A stretch of DNA of 64,000 bases from Eledone cirrhosa (Eukaryota), in NCBI GenBank assembly GCA_964016885.1, contig OZ024744.1, forward strand, positions 134,106,001-134,170,000, in the 5' to 3' direction. Position numbers and translations under genes: made by a program. Shown here piece after piece: positions 57,521 to 64,000 of the stretch. Below the pieces are notes generated by a model. The model searched no databases. It saw only the letters and a program-made list of their open reading frames with translations, and had not been told where the DNA came from. Each line of letters starts with the position of its first letter. The first letter of the stretch is position 1.

Positions 57521-60500
57521 GGGTTAAGTTAAGTTGGGGATAAGTTAAGTTGGGGATAATTTAAGTTGGGTTTAAGTTAAGTTGGGGTTAAGTTAAGTTG
57601 GGGTTAAGTTAAGTTGGGGTTAAGTTAAGTTGGGGTTAATTTAAGTTGGGGCTAAGTTAAGTTGGGACTGAGTTAAGTTGGGGTTAAGTTAAGTTGGGGT
57701 TAAGTTAAGTTAGGGTTAAGTTAAGTTGGAGTTTATTTAAGTTGGGGTTAAGTTAAGTTGGGGTTCAGTTAAGTTGGGGTTAAGTTAAGTTGGGGTTAAG
57801 ATGGGGTTAAATTAAGTTGGGGTTAAGTTAAGTCGGGGTTAAGTTAAGTCGGGGTTAAGTTAAGTTAGGGTTCAGTTAAGTTGGGGTTAAGTTAAGTTGG
57901 GGTTGAGTTAAGTTGGGGTTGAGTTAAATTGGGGTTGAGTTAAGTTGGGGTTGAGTTAAGTTGGTTTTGAGTTAAGTTGGGGTTAAGTTAAGTTGGGGTT
58001 AAGTTAAGTTGCAGTTAAGTTAAGTTGAGGTTAAGTTAAGGTGCGGTTAAGTTAAGTTGGGGTTAAGTTAAGTTGGGGCTAAGTTAAGTTGGGGCTAAGT
58101 TAAGTTGGGGCTAAGTTAAGTTGGGGTTAAGTTAAGTCGGGGTTAAGTTAAGTTGGGGTTAAGTTAAGTTGAGGTTAATTTAATTTGGGGTTAAGTTAAG
58201 TTGGGGTTAAGTTAAGTTGGGGTTAAGTTAAGTTGGGGTTAAGTTAAGTTGGGTTTAAGTTAAGTTGGGGTTAAGTTAAGTTGGGGTCAAGTTAAGTTGG
58301 GGTTAAGTTAAGTTGGGGTTGAGTTAAGTTGGGGTTGAGTTAAATTGGCGTTGAGTTAAGTTGGGGTTGAGTTAAGTTGGTGTTGAGTTAAGTTGGGGTT
58401 AAGTTAAGTTGGGGTTAAGTTAAGTTGCAGTTAAGTTAAGTTGAGGTTAAGTTAAGGTGGGGTTAAGTTAAGTCGGGGTTAAGTTAAGTTGTGGTTGAGT
58501 TAAGTTGGGGTTAATTTAAGTTGGGGCTAAGTTAATCTGTGGTTAAGTTAAGTTGGGGTTAAGTTAAGTTGGGGTTAAGTTAAGTTGGGGTTGAGTTAAG
58601 TTGGGGTTGAGTTAATTTGGGGTTAAGTTAAGTTGGGGTTAAGTTAAGTTGGGGTTAAATTAAGTTGGGGTTAAGTTAAGTTGGGGGTAAGTTAAGTTGG
58701 GGGCAAGTTAAGTTGGGGTTAATTTAAGTTGGGGTTAAATTAAGTTGGGGTTACGTTAAGTTGGTGTTAAGTTAAGTTGGGGTTAATTTAAGTTGGGGTT
58801 AATTAAGTTGGGGTTAAGTTAAGTTGGGGTTAAGTTAAGTTGGGGTTAAGTTAAGTTGGGGTTAAGTTAAGTTGGGGTTAAGTTAAGTTGAGGTTAAGTT
58901 AAGTTGGGGTTAAATTAAGTTGGGGTTAAGTTAAGTTGGGGTTAAGTTAAGTTGGGGTTAAGTTAAGTTGGGGTTAAGTTAAGTTGGGGTTAAGTTAAGT
59001 TGGTGTTAAGTTAAGTTGGGGCTAAGTTAAGTTGGGGCTGAGTTAAGTTGGGGCTGAGTTAAGTTGGGGTTAAGTTAAGTTGGGGTTGAGTTAAGTTGGG
59101 GTTAAGTTAAGTTGGGGTCAAGTTAAGTTGGGGTTAAGTTGGGGTTAAGTTAAGTTAGGTTTAAGTTAAGTTGGGGTTAAGTTAAGTTGGGGTTAAGTTA
59201 AGTTGGGGTTAAGTTAAGTTGGGGTTAAGTTAATTTGTGGTTAAGTTAAGTTGGGGTTAAGTTAAGTTGGGGTTAAGTTAAGTTGGGGTTAAGTTAAGTC
59301 GGGGTTAAGTTAAGTTGGGGTTAAGTTAAGTTGGGGTTAATTTAAGTTGGGGTTAAGTTAAGTTGGGGTTAAGTTAAGTTGGGGTTAAGTTAAGTTGGGG
59401 TTAAGTTAAGTTGGGGTTAAGTTAAGTTGAGGTTAAGTTAAGTTGGGGTTAAATTAAGTTGGGGTTAAGTTAAGTTGGGGTTAAGTTAAGTTGGGGTTAA
59501 GTTAAGTTAGGGATAAGTTAAGTTGGGGATAATTTAAGTTGGGGTTAAGTTAAGTTGGGTTTAAGTTAAGTTGGGGTTAAGTTAAGTTGGGGATAAGTTA
59601 AGTTGGGGTTAAGTTAAGTTGGGGTTAAGTTAAGTTGGGGTTAAGTTAAGTTGGGGCTAAGTTAAGTTGGGGCTGAGTTAAGTTGGGGTTAAGTTAAGTT
59701 GGGGTTAAGTTAAGTTGGGGTTAATTTAAGTTGGGGTTTATTTAAGTTGGGGTTACGTTAAGTTGGTGTTAAGTTAAGTTGGGGTTAATTTAAGTTGGGG
59801 TTAATTAAGTTGGGGTTAAGTTAAGTTGGGGTTAATTTAAGTTGGGGTTGAGTTAAGTTGGGGTTAAGTTAAGTTGGGGTTATATTAAGTTGGGGTTAAG
59901 TTAAGTTGGGGTTAAGTTAAGTTGGGTATGAGTTAAGTTGGGGTTAAGTTAAGTTGGGGTTAAGTTAAGTTGGGGTTAAGTTAAGTTGGTGTTAAGTTCA
60001 GTTGGGGCTAAGTTAAGTTGGGGCTGAGTTAAGTTGGGGCTGAGTTAAGTTGGGGTTAAGTTAAGTTGGGGTCAAGTTAAGTTGGGGTTAAGTTGGGGTT
60101 AAGTTAAGTTAGGTTTAAGTTAAGATGGGGTTAAGTTAAGTTGGGGTTAAGTTAAGTTGGGGTTAAGTTAATTTGTGGTTCAGTTAAGTTGGGGTTAAGT
60201 TAAGTTGGGGTTAAGTTAAGTTGGGGTTAAGTTAAGTCGGGGTTAAGTTAAGTTGGGGTTAAGTTAAGTTGGGGTTAATTTAAGTTGGGGTTAAGTTAAG
60301 TTGGGGTCAAGTTAAGTTGGGGTTAAGTTGGGGTTAAGTTAAGTTAGGTTTAAGTTAAGTTGGGGTTAAGTTAAGTTGGGGTTAAGTTAAGTTGGGGTTA
60401 AGTTAAGTTGGGGTTAAGTTAATTTGTGGTTAAGTTAAGTTGGGGTTAAGTTAAGTTGGGGTTAAGTTAAGTTGGGGTTAAGTTAAGTCGGGGTTAAGTT

Positions 60501-62970
60501 AAGTTGGGGTTAAGTTAAGTTGGGGTTAATTTAAGTTGGGGTTAAGTTAAGTTGGGGTTAAGTTAAGTTGGGGTTAAATTAAGTTGGGGTTAAGTTAAGT
60601 TGGGGTTAAGTCAAGTTGGGGTTAAGTTAAGTTGGGCATAAGTTAAGTTGGGGATAATTTAAGTTGGGGTTAAGTTAAGTTGGGTTTAAGTTAAGTTGGG
60701 GTTAAGTTAAGTTGGGGTTAAGTTAAGTTGGGGTTAAGTTAAGTTGGGGTTAAGTTAAGTTGGGGCTAAGTTAAGTTGGGGCTGAGTTAAGTTGGGGTTA
60801 AGTTAAGTTGGGCTTAATTTAAGTCGGGGTTAAGTTAATTTGTGGTTCAGTTAAGTTGGGGTTAAGTTAAGTTGGGGTTAAGTTAAGTTGGGGTTAAGTT
60901 AAGTCGGGGTTAAGTTAAGTTGGGGTTAAGTTAAGTTGGGGTTAAGTTAATTCGGGGTTAAGTTAAGTTGGGGATAAGTTAAGTTGGGGATAATTTAAGT
61001 TGGGTTTAAGTTAAGTTGGGGTTAAGTTAAGTTGGGGTTAAGTTAAGTTGGGGTTAAGTTAAGTTGGGGTTAATTTAAGTTGGGGCTAAGTTAAGTTGGG
61101 ACTGAGTTAAGTTGGGGTTAAGTTAAGTTGGGGTTAAGTTAAGTTGGGGTTAAGTTAAGTTGGAGTTTATTTAAGTTGGGGTTAAGTTAAGTTGGGGTTC
61201 AGTTAAGTTGGGGTTAAGTTAAGTTGGGGTTAAGATGGGGTTAAATTAAGTTGGGGTTAAGTTAAGTCGGGGTTAAGTTAAGTTAGGGTTCAGTTAAGTT
61301 GGGGTTAAGTTAAGTTGGGGTTGAGTTAAGTTGGGGTTGAGTTAAATTGGGGTTGAGTTAAGTTGGGGTTGAGTTAAGTTGGTTTTGAGTTAAGTTGGGG
61401 TTAAGTTAAGTTGGGGTTAAGTTAAGTTGCAGTTAAGTTAAGTTGAGGTTAAGTTAAGGTGCGGTTAAGTTAAGTTGGGGTTAAGTTAAGTTGGGGCTAA
61501 GTTAAGTTGGGGCTAAGTTAAGTTGGGGCTAAGTTAAGTTGGGGTTAAGTTAAGTCGGGGTTAAGTTAAGTTGGGGTTAAGTTAAGTTGAGGTTAATTTA
61601 ATTTGGGGTTAAGTTAAGTTGGGGTTAAGTTAAGTTGGGGTTAAGTTAAGTTGGGGTTAAGTTAAGTTGGGTTTAAGTTAAGTTGGGGTTAAGTTAAGTT
61701 GGGGTCAAGTTAAGTTGGGGTTAAGTTAAGTTGGGGTTGAGTTAAGTTGGGGTTGAGTTAAATTGGCGTTGAGTTAAGTTGGGGTTGAGTTAAGTTGGTG
61801 TTGAGTTAAGTTGGGGTTAAGTTAAGTTGGGGTTAAGTTAAGTTGCAGTTAAGTTAAGTTGAGGTTAAGTTAAGGTGGGGTTAAGTTAAGTCGGGGTTAA
61901 GTTAAGTTGTGGTTGAGTTAAGTTGGGGTTAATTTAAGTTGGGGCTAAGTTAATCTGTGGTTAAGTTAAGTTGGGGTTAAGTTAAGTTGGGGTTAAGTTA
62001 AGTTGGGGTTGAGTTAAGTTGGGGTTGAGTTAATTTGGGGTTAAGTTAAGTTGGGGTTAAGTTAAGTTGGGGTTAAATTAAGTTGGGGTTAAGTTAAGTT
62101 GGGGGTAAGTTAAGTTGGGGGCAAGTTAAGTTGGGGTTAATTTAAGTTGGGGTTAAATTAAGTTGGGGTTACGTTAAGTTGGTGTTAAGTTAAGTTGGGG
62201 TTAATTTAAGTTGGGGTTAATTAAGTTGGGGTTAAGTTAAGTTGGGGTTAAGTTAAGTTGGGGTTAAGTTAAGTTGGGGTTAAGTTAAGTTGGGGTTAAG
62301 TTAAGTTGAGGTTAAGTTAAGTTGGGGTTAAATTAAGTTGGGGTTAAGTTAAGTTGGGGTTAAGTTAAGTTGGGGTTAAGTTAAGTTGGGGTTAAGTTAA
62401 GTTGGGGTTAAGTTAAGTTGGTGTTAAGTTAAGTTGGGGCTAAGTTAAGTTGGGGCTGAGTTAAGTTGGGGCTGAGTTAAGTTGGGGTTAAGTTAAGTTG
62501 GGGTTGAGTTAAGTTGGGGTTAAGTTAAGTTGGGGTCAAGTTAAGTTGGGGTTAAGTTGGGGTTAAGTTAAGTTAGGTTTAAGTTAAGTTGGGGTTAAGT
62601 TAAGTTGGGGTTAAGTTAAGTTGGGGTTAAGTTAAGTTGGGGTTAAGTTAATTTGTGGTTAAGTTAAGTTGGGGTTAAGTTAAGTTGGGGTTAAGTTAAG
62701 TTGGGGTTAAGTTAAGTCGGGGTTAAGTTAAGTTGGGGTTAAGTTAAGTTGGGGTTAATTTAAGTTGGGGTTAAGTTAAGTTGGGGTTAAGTTAAGTTGG
62801 GGTTAAGTTAAGTTGGGGTTAAGTTAAGTTGGGGTTAAGTTAAGTTGAGGTTAAGTTAAGTTGGGGTTAAATTAAGTTGGGGTTAAGTTAAGTTGGGGTT
62901 AAGTTAAGTTGGGGTTAAGTTAAGTTAGGGATAAGTTAAGTTGGGGATAATTTAAGTTGGGGTTAAGTTA
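56080..62970 (+). repeat. About 3.4-kb tandem duplication
   Basis: GGGTATGAG (56490/59924) and TTAATTCGGGG (~57513/60947) recur at offset 3434. After loss of one monomer, GCAG (58011/61429), TTAATCTGTGG and GGGGGCAAG recur at offset 3418. Confidence 0.82.
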
Positions 62971-64000
62971 AGTTGGGTTTAAGTTAAGTTGGGGATAAGT
63001 TAAATTGGGGATAAGTTAAGTTGGGGTTAAGTTAAGTTGGGGTTAAGTTAAGTTGGGGTTAAGTTAAGTTGGGGCTAAGTTAAGTTGGGGCTGAGTTAAG
63101 TTGGGGTTAAGTTAAGTTGGGGTTAAGTTAAGTTGGGGTTAATTTAAGTTGGGGTTTATTTAAGTTGGGGTTACGTTAAATTGGTGTTAAGTTAAGTTGG
63201 GGTTAATTTAAGTTGGGGTTAAGTTAAGTTGGGGTTAAGTTAAGTTGGGGTTAAGTTAAGTTGGGGTTAAGTTAAGTCGGGGTTAAGTTAAGTTGGGGTT
63301 AAGTTAAGTTGGGGTTAATTTAAGTTGGGGTTAAGTTAAGTTGGGGTTAAGTTAAGTTGGGGTTAAATTAAGTTGGGGTTAAGTTAAGTTGGGGTTAAGT
63401 CAAGTTGGGGTTAAGTTAAATTGGGCATAAGTTAAGTTGGGGATAATTTAAGTTGGGGTTAAGTTAAGTTGGGTTTAAGTTAAGTTGGGGTTAAGTTAAG
63501 TTGGGGTTAAGTTAAGTTGGGGTTAAGTTAAGTTGGGGTTAAGTTAAGTTGGGGCTAAGTTAAGTTGGGGCTAAGTTAAGTTGGGGTTAAGTTAAGTTGG
63601 GCTTAATTTAAGTCGGGGTTAAGTTAATTTGTGGTTCAGTTAAGTTGGGGTTAAGTTAAGTTGGGGTTAAGTTAAGTTGGGGTTAAGTTAAGTCGGGGTT
63701 AAGTTAAGTTGGGGTTAAGTTAAGTTGGGGTTAAGTTAATTCGGGGTTAAGTTAAGTTGGGGATAAGTTAAGTTGGGGATAATTTAAGTTGGGTTTAAGT
63801 TAAGTTGGGGTTAAGTTAAGTTGGGGTTAAGTTAAGTTGGGGTTAAGTTAAGTTGGGGTTAATTTAAGTTGGGGCTAAGTTAAGTTGGGACTGAGTTAAG
63901 TTGGGGTTAAGTTAAGTTGGGGTTAAGTTAAGTTGGGGTTAAGTTAAGTTGGAGTTTATTTAAGTTGGGGTTAAGTTAAGTTGGGGTTCAGTTAAGTTGG

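Larger units (their letters stand above)
1..64000 (+). repeat. Tandem satellite / telomere-like array of the 16-bp monomer GGGGTTAAGTTAAGTT (about 4000 copies), running off both window edges
   Basis: The 16-bp period is visible throughout. Most monomers match the consensus, and the rest carry 1-2 substitutions (e.g. TTGAG, ATAAG, ATAAT, CTAAG, CTGAG, TCAAG, TTACG, TTCAG, GGTG, GAGG, GTGG, TCGGGG). Occasional 11-bp and 15-bp monomers occur. The G-rich strand is + everywhere except two short inversions. Confidence 0.99.

Noticed and set aside
1-64000. Protein-coding ORF / repeat protein
   Set aside because: Each monomer has two TAA triplets on each strand, and the 16-bp period cycles them through all frames, so all six frames are closed within tens of bases.
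1-64000. CRISPR array or other repeat-spacer system
   Set aside because: There are no unique spacers and no cas or other genes. The monomers are directly adjacent and differ only by point variants.
1-64000. Pure sequencing artefact or random low-complexity noise
   Set aside because: Variants recur in fixed order at exact kb-scale offsets, which random error would not produce. The copy number of individual duplications could still be mis-assembled.
1-64000. Information-encoding code in the variant order
   Set aside because: The ordered variants are adequately explained by mutation followed by segmental duplication, and nothing in the sequence indicates a readout mechanism.
1-64000. Assignment to a named satellite family or species
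   Set aside because: I do not recognise this 16-mer with confidence. A database search is needed.

Overview
The whole 64 kb window is one non-coding tandem array of a 16-bp monomer, GGGGTTAAGTTAAGTT, equivalent to (TTAAG)2+TTGGGG. The + strand is G/T-rich and almost free of C (consensus 6G/6T/4A/0C, 37.5% GC). I found no genes, RNA genes, transposons or CRISPR spacers. TAA stops occur on both strands and the 16-bp period moves them through all three frames. The sequence looks like a eukaryotic satellite or a telomere-like (telomeric, subtelomeric or interstitial) array, but the organism and chromosomal position cannot be determined from it. The structure is in the variants. (i) Two copies of a ~175-bp strand inversion, exactly 3049 bp apart, each open at a TTAA palindrome and carry signs of local template switching. 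(ii) Ordered strings of variant monomers recur as modules. (iii) Nested tandem duplications have offsets of about 0.68, 1.5, 1.7, 2.0, 3.0, 3.4, 6.5 and 7.3 kb. (iv) Some marker variants are confined to particular regions and split the array into sub-domains. I see no evidence of a new gene-encoded system. Duplication offsets were read by eye from rare marker variants, and block boundaries are approximate to within a few monomers.
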